Assembly (NCBI RefSeq): GCF_025526975.1
Contig: NW_026515668.1
Coordinates: forward strand, 310,001 to 374,000
Source: Fimicolochytrium jonesii
Lineage: Eukaryota
Length of the DNA stretch: 64,000 nt
Reading direction: 5' to 3'
Part shown: positions 22,965 to 34,951 of the stretch, piece by piece
Numbering within the stretch: the first letter of the stretch is position 1
How the letters are laid out: each line of letters begins with the position of its first letter
Made by a program: the position numbers and the translations under genes
Notes under the pieces: model-generated
Databases searched by the model: none
Told to the model about the DNA's origin: nothing
Seen by the model: the letters and a program-made list of their open reading frames with translations, nothing else

Positions 22965-25417
22965 GTGCCTATAGCCCAGCGCTTCTATATATGAACTGCG
23001 TTTCCATATATGACACGCTATCCAAAGTGGAGCTTAAATCGGATCTGTTGTAAACCGATGCTAACGCCTCCACTGTAGAGTTCCGGGTAAGCGTTTTGCT
23101 GTGGCCCAGCGGGTAGTTCATAACAGGATCACACGTACGACGGTTTTTGGACGACCGAAAGCCCAAAGAGGTGGGCGAGCGAAGCGAGCGTACCTCAGTT
23201 CGGCTGCACACAGTGGGAAGTGCTGAGAATGGTTTCAAATCTGCAGCGAGCGCGAGCGCTCCGGCCCTAGTTCCCCTGCCGTCACCCACAGCATACGGCG
23301 GCGGTCATTGGGAGAAGAAACCCTCCGAGTCACGATCTGCGGGTAGAGCTTAACCTTGCTGGCCAATACAATGTGAGATCGGAATGAAAGTGAGCTGAGT
23401 TTCAAGAAACACCAGGTGAGGCTGGTCAGCTAGGCATCGGACGAGCTCTTCTTGACAAGGAGAGCGAGAGGGGTTGAGGGGTCGAATTTCGCATGTCTCG
23501 AAAGAACGAACGCGCATGACATAAGCCGACGCGCGTCCGTTCTTCCAAGTTCAAACGCGAGCGCCAAGTTCAACCAACTTTCGTGGGACCTTCCTGCTCT
23601 TCCCCACCATCCCAATACCGCCCCCCCCGTCCTACCCACCAAACCATGCCACGCATAAAAAACCCACCATGCCGGGCATCCGGCAACGGCGTGGTCGTCA
23701 CCATCGCGTCGGGCCACTACCCCAACGAGATTCCCGGCGGCGGCGCGCCCGTCGTGGTGAAGCGCGTCGAGGGCGTTCTATCTCTGAGCTGTGAGTCCGT
23801 GGTGCCGTTGTGCAGATGGGGTTCAGGATAGAAAGAGTTAGCATCGGGACTGATTCTTTGTCGTAGCGGAAATCAGATTCGCGCGGCTCATGTCGACAGG
23901 TCTTGCCAGTGGGTCGGGAAATGAGGCACACGGTACGCAGAGTTCTATACCACGCTCATCTCGTTCGTAACCCCCGCCCCTGAGAAGTCACTCACCACCC
24001 CACCCCCCAGGCCCAAACGACACTCCGATCCCAACCCAACTCGGCGCACACCCGTCATTCTCATCCGCGCGCAGGCCGTCGCTCGCTTCGTCAGCAGCAG
24101 ATGCAGAGGGTGACCAGACTGAAGACAGTAGGAGGCGACATCTTCCCGTTATGCATTCGCCGCAGCCGCAGAGGCTCATTTCGAGGGCTGCGGAGGGGAT
24201 ACGGCATGTAAGTTGGGATGCACGAAGAGAAAGAGGGGCAAGGGGGGGAAGCTGGGGGGTAAAGGTGCAGCGCAGCTGACTGGATCTTGCCCACCCGGCT
24301 AGTTTCCGGTACCTGTCCTTGTGAGACGTTCCTAACCCCCTTTTCCGTCCTACCTCAGAACACAGCCAGCGTCCTCGCAACCCCGTCCAAGAAGCGGAAA
24401 CCACACCCGACAAGTTGGAGTGAGAAGGTAATCGTGGGTGGGGGGGGGGGGGGGGTTTCTTTCATACTTTTCCGTGTTGGGAGGGCCAACGCACCATTTC
24501 GCATCTACTCCGATGCTCACACATCCTTACAGATTCCCAGATCACCCTCCCAGCGCGCCCCCGCGTCAACAGCAGCCACGGGCCTGCACGCAAAACCGAA
24601 ACACGTCTACTGGCAGCCCCCTGCCGCCGTCCGGCTCCCGCGGCCACATCCAAGTACGCCCATCACCAGTATCGCCGCCCCCGACCGCGCCTGCGATTGA
24701 TAATGTGACTGCAGCGGCTGTTCGGCTGGGGTCTTGATTTTGGGGCCGAACGGGGGACGGGCGAGCGTTGGCGAGGGGGAGGGGGAGGGGGGAAGGACGG
24801 GCGGGTACGGGACGGCGTTGGTTGGTTATATGCACAGTGAGCGCGGAAGTCAAAGGGGGGAATGGCACGACCGGACTGCTTTCTAGCACTTTTTGGAGCT
24901 TTCGTGTGCTTAGATACCGCAAGGGAAACGTGCATGACGGGACTTTGGCATGTGGTAAAGTCAGATCCGATATATGCTAGACGTGTTGAAACGTAGTCAT
25001 ACAACTTGCATAAAGGCACGGAACAAAATCAATAAGTTAAGCGAAAACAAAAAAGTGTGCGTGCTGGAGGTTGTAGGGTGGAGAGCGGGAGGGGAGGCGG
25101 GAAGTACACGAAACGAATGTCGAATGCATTGTAAATATCGACTCGACCACTCATTTCCCGCACTGTATAGACCAGTTTGGGGGCCCGCCCCACCGACTCG
25201 ACTCGTAACCGCGGCGGGATTCGTATTTGGGCGAATGCAAAATGCAAATCTTCCGACTCGTCTCTATGTGCTGCTGGTAGTGCTCGTGCCCGAATCCAGG
25301 ATAGTCGTCTGGCTGGACTGCTTGTCAATATCGGAGAGCATGAGGTTGTCCACTGCGAAAAACCCACAAAATCAACTTCAGGTTACACCACCCACAGGTT
25401 ACAAAAAAAACATACAA

Positions 25418-28400
25418 TCACATCCCGCCCATACCTTGATCCAAAAGCTCCTCATCTTCTTCTTCTTCTTCTTCTTCCTCCTCCTCCGCCCCACTCTCCT
25501 CTTCCTTGTCACCACCCGATCCCTTCTCACCCTCCGCTTTCTCCCCACCCTTCCCACGTTTCGCCCCGATCCACTTGAACCCACCACTCCACAGCGAATC
25601 GACAAACTCACGCCCGACGACCGCGGCAGTGACCTGCACGGCCTCTTTTTCTTTCAGCACGAACGACCGCGTGAACCCAGTTTCAAAGTAGTCGACGAGA
25701 TAGTCGTCGGCGAGGATCAGTTCGCGGAAGGTCGAGAGGGTCAGGCGCATGGGGATGTCAAGGGCGGGTGTTGTTGTTGGTGGTGGTGGGTGAGCTGCTT
25801 CTGCAGGTGGTGATGTGACCGCCGCGTCCCCGCCCTCCGAGTTGGACGCCGGCGACCCCGCCGCGGCATTCGCGTTAGCACTGATCCCAAACGCACGATT
25901 CATGAACCCGCTCACAGCGCCCAAATGCCGATCACCCTCCTCCCTCCTCAACAAAAACAAAAGACTCTCCGAAAACTGTATAACCTCATCCTTCACCAGC
26001 GTCCCGTCCCTATCTCCGTCATGCATCTCGAAAAAGAGATTCAGGCGGGTCATCATGTCGCTGTAGATCAATTGCCCAAGGCCGGTGACGAGGTCCTGGA
26101 AGTTGATTGCACCGTCGTTGTCCGTGTCGAAGGACTTGCGGTACAGCTTGGTGAGGAAGGAGGAGCCGACGATGGGTTTGAGTGTCTCCATGGCGCCCAA
26201 TCTGCTGGCTTGCTCGTCCGCGTCTTTTTTGGTGTTGGCCCATTCGGAGAGGCGGCCGAGGTACATGACCCACTGGTCGAAATCCAACCTGTCAGTGGCT
26301 TTCTTCGGCTGGTTACTGTTGTTGTTATCGTTTTTGGAGCCGTAGTACTGCACGCTGTAGTACTCGTCGCAGAGGAAGAGAAGCTCTTCTTTGTTGAAGC
26401 GGGAGGTGTGGTTGAGGTTGCGGATGATGCTGCGTTTGGCGTAGAGGTCCAGGCTGTGCACGACTTTCAGCTGCAGACTTTTGCGAAGGTCGGTGATGAG
26501 GTCGTGGTTGACGCTTTGGAATTCGCGGTAGGCTGTCTGTGAATAGTTGCACGTTAGCGTGCCCTCTACCCCTTCTTGAGCGTGAGGAATTCCAAAGTAT
26601 TCTTACCAAGATAAGCTGATTGAACCGCGTTATTGTCCTCCGCGCCTTCTGCTCATCAGCCTGCACAACGTCCCCGAGCGTCGCAAAGTACGCCTTCAAC
26701 ACGTTCCTGCATCCAAAACCATCGTCAGCTCAGTCACAGCTACGGGAGTCGAACTCTTCCCCGCACACATCCGTATCCGCAAAAGCACTCACATCAACTC
26801 CCCATCATCCTTAACCTTCATGATCGCATCCCCATTGATCTTCAGAATGGCCAAGCTACGAGGAAACAAACCGCCCCAATTCAATCATCTGCCCCTTCAA
26901 TTCAAACCATTCGCTATCAAGTCAACCGTCCTATGAGACGTACCCTATTTGGAAAAACACCTAAAACAAACCCACAAAGGGTCAGTAAAACATCCCCCCC
27001 CCCCCCCCCCCCAACCCTCCTCTCACACACCCAGCCGTACCTTAGGCCCCTCCATAAAAAAACAATCAATAATCCTCAATGCATACGGCAACGAGATCGA
27101 GTTGATGTACAGGCTCAGGAACCAGGGGAGGCAGGCCACCGAGAGCTGGATCTCGTACTTTTTGAAGTGTTCCGACATGAGGGGCATGTATTTCGTTACC
27201 TACAGGGGACAGGTTAGATGGGAGGAGGGAAGGGGGGAGGGAGGGGGGACGCTTACGAGGCTTTCAAAGACGTTGTTGTCGACGACGGCGCCGACCATGT
27301 TTGTGCTGTTCGCATGTCAAGGTTGTCAGCCCTCCGACCCACCCTAATCATCAACCCCCATCACGACCACATCAAGGCTGTACCTGTAATACCCCGGCAA
27401 CAATCCTACACACCCCGCACCAAAAAGCCCAGTCAATTATCGTTCCATGCCCCAAGTACACACACTATGCCTTCGCCAGGACTCACGTTCACACAAGATA
27501 GTCAAGACCCAAAACGCCTGCTCCTCCGTCAAATAGATCAACAACACGCTCACGACGATGTTCATCGCTTGGCAGTAGCCGATTTCGGGTTCGTGCCACG
27601 AAAACGCCTATCGAAATGCTTTTGTGTTAACGTCCATCCCCGAACCCCCATGTGGGTTTTGTGGATTTAAGGGGTACGTACGTAGAGCACACGCCGCAGG
27701 GCGTTGATGCCTTCCTCGTTTTGGTAGCCGCTGTATTCGGGGAGACTCCTGCAGCCCCCCAAAAAAACCGGTCAGCAGCTGTGCGTTCGGGGACATGACT
27801 AATGAAAGGGGTGATGTTACCGGTTGAGATCCTTCTCAATCTCCTCCATCGACAGTGACATTTCGCCTTCGTGGTCCTTGTGGAGTTGTTCGTAGTAGCC
27901 TGGGTGCATGTATCTGAACAAATGAAATCGAATGTAAGTTTTGGGGAAGATGGGGTTCGTGGAGAGAGGGGGGCACGGTTACCTTTTGTACATGGCGCCT
28001 GAACATACTTCCCATATCTCGCCTGTGGATGGGACATTGGTCAGACAGCGATGATCAGAAATAGAGCTCGCCGATGCACGTACCTCTCAAGGTGTTGGGC
28101 AGTCCTATCCTGACCAACTTGATGAAAGTCGGTAACCGCACCAGTGTCAAATTCCTTCCGAACTCTGCCCGGGGGGCGCATCCAAGATCAGCCCGCCCAT
28201 TTCGTGGACCACACGCAGTCGCACGACCATCAGAACCACATCAAAGTCCAGTACGCACCTCTAAAATACGCCACCCAATACCTCAACTTATTCTTCTCAC
28301 TCGCCTTCTTCCCGTCCACATACCCATACTTCAACCCCAACCCACCGACCGCAATCTCCTTCCCATTCAACAGCTCCTCGCTCGCACACGACGCCAGGAA

Positions 28401-30539
28401 CGGTTTCAGCTGTTTCATCAGCGTGACGTGCTGCTGTAACCGGTCTTTGAGGGTTAGGCAGAGTTTATCCGCCGACGCGCGGTCGGATGTCATTTGGAAG
28501 ATCAGTTTCAATTGGTGGCGGACGGTGATCGCGATAGTCGAGACTTGGGAGTTGATCTTCTCGACGCGCATGATGGCGTAGAAGGGGAGGACGAGGTAAC
28601 ATTGATACCTCGCCGCGGAGATGAAGCAGAGGTATGTATCGGAGAGGTACATGCGACCGCTGAAAGAGGATTTGGTTCCGGAGATCTGAGTGATTGCCGA
28701 CACTTCCTCCATGAGCGTCTCGGTGGAGGGCAGGGAGAACAGGGTTTGAAAGCGGGTGTTGCGTTTGGCTTCTTCGAAGTTTTGTTTCAAGGGGCGGCCG
28801 ATGGGGCCAAGGCCTTTTATGGTTGTGGGAGCGGTTTGAGGGCCGGTGGAGGTGCCCGGGGCGAAGGAGAGGCCGGGGGCGGGGTCGGTGGAGGTGTTTT
28901 TAAGGAGCTTTTGCATGGCAATATTTGTTAGGTGCTCTAGAAGGTCGAAGGTCTCGTCTCGGTGGAACAGATTTGAGAAGACGTGCTGTTGAGTGGGGGG
29001 TTTAGCAGGGGCGCTCTTGTTTTCTTATGGTAGCTTCCACGCTGTTTCTCACCTCCGCCTTGTTCCTAAGCTTAATCCGAATCGCGTCATTGACAACCCC
29101 CCGTTTCGACTTGTCCTTGGCAAGCTCTTCGATATCCTTCAACTCTATGACCACTTTTGTTTCCACGCCGAACACGAAAGAGTAGAAGTACAGATGCGAT
29201 ACTCCAATGTACATCCAGCCTTGGTTCATCAACTTCTTATGATAAGAGCAACTGTAGACTGCGGAATATGGGAGGGCAATAAGTGTGCGAAGCAGCGAGC
29301 AGAAGGACGTCGTCCTTCATTTCCAAGACATACAATTGACCAATCGCTCTTCCTCCGAGATGTGAAAGATCTGCCGCCATGAGCGTGCAGCTGCCCGGAA
29401 TTTCGCGTCCGCGGACTTTTCATCTGTGTCTTTGTCTTGAATCACATCCCTGTCAGCGCTACTTCCCTGTCAATGGTTATCTGAACTCGCAAGGGCCTCC
29501 CACCTCCACTTGTAACAAGTGACTGGAACTTTGATATAGCGAACGCTTCCTTGTCCGCCATATCCTCCAATTCCGTTACACCAGGCATCAGGTTCTCTGC
29601 GCAACCGAAGAAGCAAATAACGAATGAGTCCCATCAACAAACATCAACCATTGATCCATTCACCCATGGCCATCATCCATCAACCGTCAACACCATCAAC
29701 CATCTCATCAACCATCCACCATCCATCCACCGTAAACAATAAGCATCACTGGCGCTTACAATAAGAGCGGCCGTTCGCCATCGCTCACGATAGAAAACGA
29801 CCGTCCTTTGTCGCTCACATTACTGCTCGCGTCGCCCGCTAAAATCGCGCGTGCGGCGCGGGAGTTGCTCCACTCGCGGACGCCTTCGCTCTCCTACGGC
29901 TCGTCTGCCTCAAGTAACCGTGCATCTCGCTTCGCCGTCCGCGTTCGGCCACTTGCTCGGTCGCCCCGCTCGCCGCAATTCCTCCTTCCTCATCGCTCGG
30001 TCAGAAACGCACCCTGAATCCAAGCCCAGTCCTTTTCGGTTGCTTTCAGCGTATCGCCTGTCTTCATGGGCGGGTTGAGTCAGCGGCGCATCATCAACAA
30101 CGGTCCCTCCAAGCCTCCCAGCAACTGAACAGACCGCAACGAGATGCCCTTGTTCGGGCCCCTCAGCACTTCTCAGTACTATCCTGAACGGCGGTTGCTT
30201 TGTGTCCAGCCTTCAGGGGTGGGGGAAGATGGTCAACCGAGTCAGTCTGCTGTTTTTGTGGCGGGAATCCCCAACGCGTGCGAAGGCGAAGGTCTACATC
30301 ACAACTTACACATTCTGCAACGTCGTCCAGAAAGACTTCATGACGGTGCCCTCCTGGGTCTTTAGCTTTTGTAGTAAGAAGAGCTCATCCTCCTGTTCGT
30401 GGGGCGGTGGGAAAGGAACGGTCAATGTCTGCCCAACCAGATAGGGGGCCTGGGGGGGTCGCGGGTGTGGATGGGGTTTCGATACCTTCAAGTTCTCCCA
30501 GTAGGAGGAGATATCAACGGGGGCTGGTATGCAGAGCAT
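25418..30539 (-). CDS. MDR1: GRAM-GRAM-TBC-EF-hand Rab GTPase-activating protein (Mdr1/Gyp2; TBC1D8/9 family)
   Basis: Two GRAM domains ([24 protein letters not shown]); TBC motifs EIEKDLNR and GYCQAMN; EF-hands [13 protein letters not shown] and [12 protein letters not shown]; acidic tail. Confidence 0.92.
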
Positions 30540-30769
30540 TCTGAGCCCGCACCGAAGGAGAGTGCAATATATATATATAGAAGTGTAAGGTAGAGACCGG
30601 TTGGGTCGAAGACAGGAGCAAGCTGGGGAAGGTGGAGGACGGGACGCGAAGGGGGTTGGGGAGGGTTGCCCAGCTGACAGCCAGAGCGAGATGACACAGC
30701 TGGATTCTTATTATTTTAACAGAAACCAGCACCCCCTCCCCCCCCAAGCACAGGCCCCCCCAGCCAACA

Positions 30770-31489
30770 ATGTGGTCCTCAGCAGCCCTCTACACAAACC
30801 CCTCCTCCTCGCTCTCACCTTCCCTCCTCGCTTCGCCCGCCTCCCCCGAAAAAAACATAAACGCCCTCATCCGCTCCCACTTTGCCGCCCACAACCCTAA
30901 CGCGATTCTCGCCCTCTTCTCCCAAGCCCCCTCGCAGCCAACATCCTCCCTCTACTGCATCCGCCCCACCCGCGCCCTCCTCACCAGCATCCTCTCCCAC
31001 TGCGCAACAGATGCGAGTGAAGTGATACTATCGATTGGATCCGCGTCGGGGTTGTTGGAGTATCTGCTGCAGTGGTTGGCGGATGAGACGGGTGCGGGGG
31101 TGGGGGTTAGGGGCGTGGATGTCGCGCGGACGAACGTGTTTTTGGATGAGGGGACAGAGGACGGCGAGAGGGGGTTTGTGTGGTTGCCGAGTGGGAAGCC
31201 TTCTGATGAACGCTTCACATCCACAACCGTCCTGTTCACATCCTATCTGCGGCGACCCTCCATCTTACTCGATTACATGAGCGCATGTCCCGTTGCGCAC
31301 ACGATTATCACTGTGGGACCCATCTCAGAAGACCCGGGTAGTATTGATGACAATGTGAAGCGGGGGTTGGAAGGGTGGGGCAGCGTTGTGTGGGTGGGAA
31401 AGCCGGAGGGGTTGCAGGATTGGGAGAGAATGAGTGTTTGGAGGAGGAGAAGGGGTATTACAGTAATAAGGGGATTGGGATGCATTTGA
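30770..31489 (+). CDS. Class I SAM-dependent methyltransferase-like protein
   Basis: Intronless 239-aa ORF with VILSIGSASGLLEYLL (motif I) and VRGVD (acidic end of strand 2); divergent from MDR1. Confidence 0.6.
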   Translation: MWSSAALYTNPSSSLSPSLLASPASPEKNINALIRSHFAAHNPNAILALFSQAPSQPTSSLYCIRPTRALLTSILSHCATDASEVILSIGSASGLLEYLLQWLADETGAGVGVRGVDVARTNVFLDEGTEDGERGFVWLPSGKPSDERFTSTTVLFTSYLRRPSILLDYMSACPVAHTIITVGPISEDPGSIDDNVKRGLEGWGSVVWVGKPEGLQDWERMSVWRRRRGITVIRGLGCI

Positions 31490-31963
31490 GGAGCATGTGG
31501 GATGCATGGGCTTTCACACCTTCCAGTTGCTATTCTAAAGGTCGGAGCAGCAGCCATTAGGAATGATTAGTAAAATGTGCGGAAGATGTCATTTGTACAT
31601 TAAGATTGGGACTTGGGTATCATAAGGGCAACGGTGTCCAATTTCAATGATAAGCTCGCTCTGCGCGTGCACACAGCCCCCCCCCCCCCCCCCCTCCCCC
31701 ATCCTCTTTCACGCGTTCCCCGTCGAATAAGCGAATTCGTCGGGAGTCATCGCCATTTCCAATCGGCCGCCGTCATCAACACGCCACGGAAACCACAAAG
31801 GTTCTCGTATAAAGAGCTGCCCCTTCCCACCTCCTTCTTCGCCCAGCAACACCCCCCCAAAACTTACTGACTCAAACGAGGCTTGCCGTCTCACAGCCCA
31901 CCCCTTTCTTTTTTACACACACACAACTTCGATACTGAGAGAAACACACAAAACACAAACGGC

Positions 31964-33109
31964 ATGGACCGTCAGTCGGCGTACTCCAACACCCCAACCG
32001 ACGGCGGCGAACCCTCTGTGCCCCTGTCACGCGAGGAGGACACAGCCCGCCCAGCAGCCCGCCCCGCAACACCCACCCGTCCTCGCTCGCCCGCCATGTA
32101 CAGGTTCAGACCCTACGCCGGGTTGCGCCAGCGGATGGTCGATTTCGTGATGGGCGCTAGGTGGGAGGCGGAGAGCAGTGCGCGTGCGGGTTCTGCAGAG
32201 GAGGACGGGGACGCGGGAAGGGAGGTGGAGAGGGAGGTTGTTGCTAGCGCGGCTGGGGTGGGGGTGCCGCCAACACCACCCTCCGAGCCCGTCGTCGCAG
32301 ACGCAGACGGAGAACGCTTGGAATCGTCCCAAGCACAGCAATCTAGTGAAGAGTCTGATCCGGCACGCACCACCAGGACTTCCACACCCTCCGACCCCCC
32401 CTTCCGCTTCTCCCTCTTCTTCAACGGCGACGGCGGCCGGATCGTCTTCTTTGTACCCACTCGATTCGAGGAGTCGTTAAGGAACGATACCGCAGGAAAT
32501 GTCGATGAAACAGAACATCTAAATCTCACTAACGCGGGTGATGCTGGTGGCGCCGCTACCGCAAGGAATAGGACGAGGAACGGGGGAAGGGTCGACATGG
32601 AGTTGTTTCTACAATCCTTGCAACAGATATTCGAACAAGCCTTGCTCCCCACCACCACCCCACACACCCAGGGCCACCCGCCCGCCGCCCCCTCCGTCAT
32701 CCACAGCCTCCCGCTCATCACGCCCACACCCAAACGCTTGCAGAAACATCCTGTTTGCATCATCTGCCAGGAAAACTTCTCCCTCCACTCATCATCGCAT
32801 GAGCATCAGCAGCCGTTGCCCTCGCCGCCACCTTCCCCACCACCACCCCCCGTGGACGTCTCCCCTCCCTCGAATCAAAAATCCGACGCTGATACCCGGA
32901 TCACACGTCTCCCCTGCTACCACTACTACCACCGTTCCTGCATCACCCAATGGCTCGAAACGAGCGGGACCTGCCCGACGTGCCGGTACGAGTTCATGAC
33001 GGAGAACGAGGAGTATAACCAAGTAGTTGAGCGGCGCATGAAGGGCTGGAGGGTGGGAGAGGGAGCGGAGACGGATGATGAGGGTGACGGGGTTGGGGGT
33101 GTGGATTGA
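31964..33109 (+). CDS. RING-H2 E3 ubiquitin ligase (RNF115/126/181-like C-terminus)
   Basis: GHPPAAPSVIHSLP precedes CIICQE...LPCYHYYHRSCITQWL..SGTCPTCRYE. Confidence 0.88.
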   Translation: MDRQSAYSNTPTDGGEPSVPLSREEDTARPAARPATPTRPRSPAMYRFRPYAGLRQRMVDFVMGARWEAESSARAGSAEEDGDAGREVEREVVASAAGVGVPPTPPSEPVVADADGERLESSQAQQSSEESDPARTTRTSTPSDPPFRFSLFFNGDGGRIVFFVPTRFEESLRNDTAGNVDETEHLNLTNAGDAGGAATARNRTRNGGRVDMELFLQSLQQIFEQALLPTTTPHTQGHPPAAPSVIHSLPLITPTPKRLQKHPVCIICQENFSLHSSSHEHQQPLPSPPPSPPPPPVDVSPPSNQKSDADTRITRLPCYHYYHRSCITQWLETSGTCPTCRYEFMTENEEYNQVVERRMKGWRVGEGAETDDEGDGVGGVD

Positions 33110-34951
33110 ATCACCGGTGGTCTGAGCCTTAGGGAGGGTAGAGCGGGAGTTGGCGTTTTTGGAGGAGCATTGCATTGGTAGTTTGTCATTTGTCGCCTTT
33201 GCGGGTCAGTGTATATAGTGTTGGTCGTGCGTGATCCTGCCAATTTTTCTTTTGGTACTCGCGACAGGGTTCTCGGTAGCTTTTTTGTGCCCCCTCATCG
33301 TCGCGCCTTCTAGCACAGCATTCAGTCTCATAGCATTTTGGTTACCATCATTGGCAGAGGGAATGAAAATTTGGCGAATATACCCATTACAACGTGTTCG
33401 TCTGTGTTCTCGCGAGATAGTCGCGTTGCAAGGTTCCACTGGCCGGATGTCCGGAAAAGATGGCGGTGCATCAGACCCCCCCTTTCCTCCCCTTTCCATT
33501 TGGTGTTACCCACGAGCCTTCAAAGCCCCGTTAACGTCCCTTCACCCTCACCCACTTCTCACGAGGCAACACGTGGTTTCGCCTTCTCCGACGTGTGTTT
33601 TCGTACACGTAGGGCGGGCGTCGTCGGAGTCCCTGAAGTAGGCGGTTGCCAAGCGAGTGATGGTACGTACAGTACTTATATACAACCCCTGACATCCGAC
33701 AGCTCCTGAGAACGACATGACCCTCCCCTGCTCCCCCGCTTCCCTCTCCTGCCGCGTGGATCTCAGTGTCCCCAAACAGTGGATCCCGTTCTCGGAACAC
33801 CCCCGTCGTTCGGGATGCTGAACGCGTCGGTGGGTTATGGAAGCGTTTGGCACATGTAAGCGGGCACCCCAACGCGTTTGCGCACATGTAAGCGGGTCGG
33901 ACGCTTACCCCGGACAGGGGATTGAACAACCTTCGCCCCAGCGTGGCCGGTTTATCGAATTCGAACGAAACAGTGTGAAATCTCACCCGCAGATTCTGGT
34001 GCGATGCATACATGGCCCAGTCAACGCGGAATTTAGTTAGCCTGCGACGGAGGTGGAACATGCTCCGTGAATAGATAATAGCTTCAGGAAGGTTGCTAAA
34101 ATATATCCACCGGTGCGCGGACGCCGCCCGGAAACGTCTGCAGGCAGGTGGAGGGGAGCTTGCCGGGGGGTCTAGCACACTTGCCGCACTCAGCATCAGG
34201 TACGTCAGGGAACCGACCGCAGGCCGCAACGTCCTGGGAAGGGAAGGCAGTCAAGGGCGGCATGTAAGCCTTGACGCGCGTCCCTCCTCTCTCTATATAT
34301 CGATCGATACGAGGATGGTGTGCCTCAGATTCTTCTCGGCGTCACCAATCCCAAGGGACGTCCCACGGTGGACATCCAACGTCCTTGTTGTTCTCAACAG
34401 CAAAGTATCCCATTCCGATCCACGAGAAACCCCATGTCGTCATGTCTCAAGATACCTTTGAGGCTCTTTCCCCATCTCACATGAAACACAGAACCTTCGC
34501 TGGAGTTCCGTAAGGAAACGGAATCGCGGTCAACATCCCCACAATCACAGAGCAAAATTCCATCCCACCCAGCAGCACAGCACGCACGTGGACGCCAGTC
34601 CGTTGACTTCGAGTGGTCCCTTGTTTGATCATCCGCAAGCGCATCCATCGCCCGTCCAAACAACATAACAAGCGCCCCAACACATGTGACCCCCCCCCCC
34701 CCCCCCCTCGATATCCCTCTTACACGCGAAACGCACACAGGAGGAGAAATCCCTTACGAAGTCTTGATTTAGGAGTCTTGCCCGACGCGGGCCCGATGAG
34801 TCCCGTATCAAGAACGCAGAACACGGATGACTCGATTGACCGCCAAGCGCGCGGGGGGGGGGGGGGGGGGGGGGGGGGTGGGGGGCCCAGCAGCAGCGCT
34901 TGTGTATGTCCCATCGGTTAAATAGGTCCATTGGGTGGAACCAATTAGGGT

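Noticed and set aside
23430..24400. Possible gene fragment (GVVVTIASGHYPNEIPGGGAPVVVK)
   Set aside because: Too short and frame-broken to assign a family.
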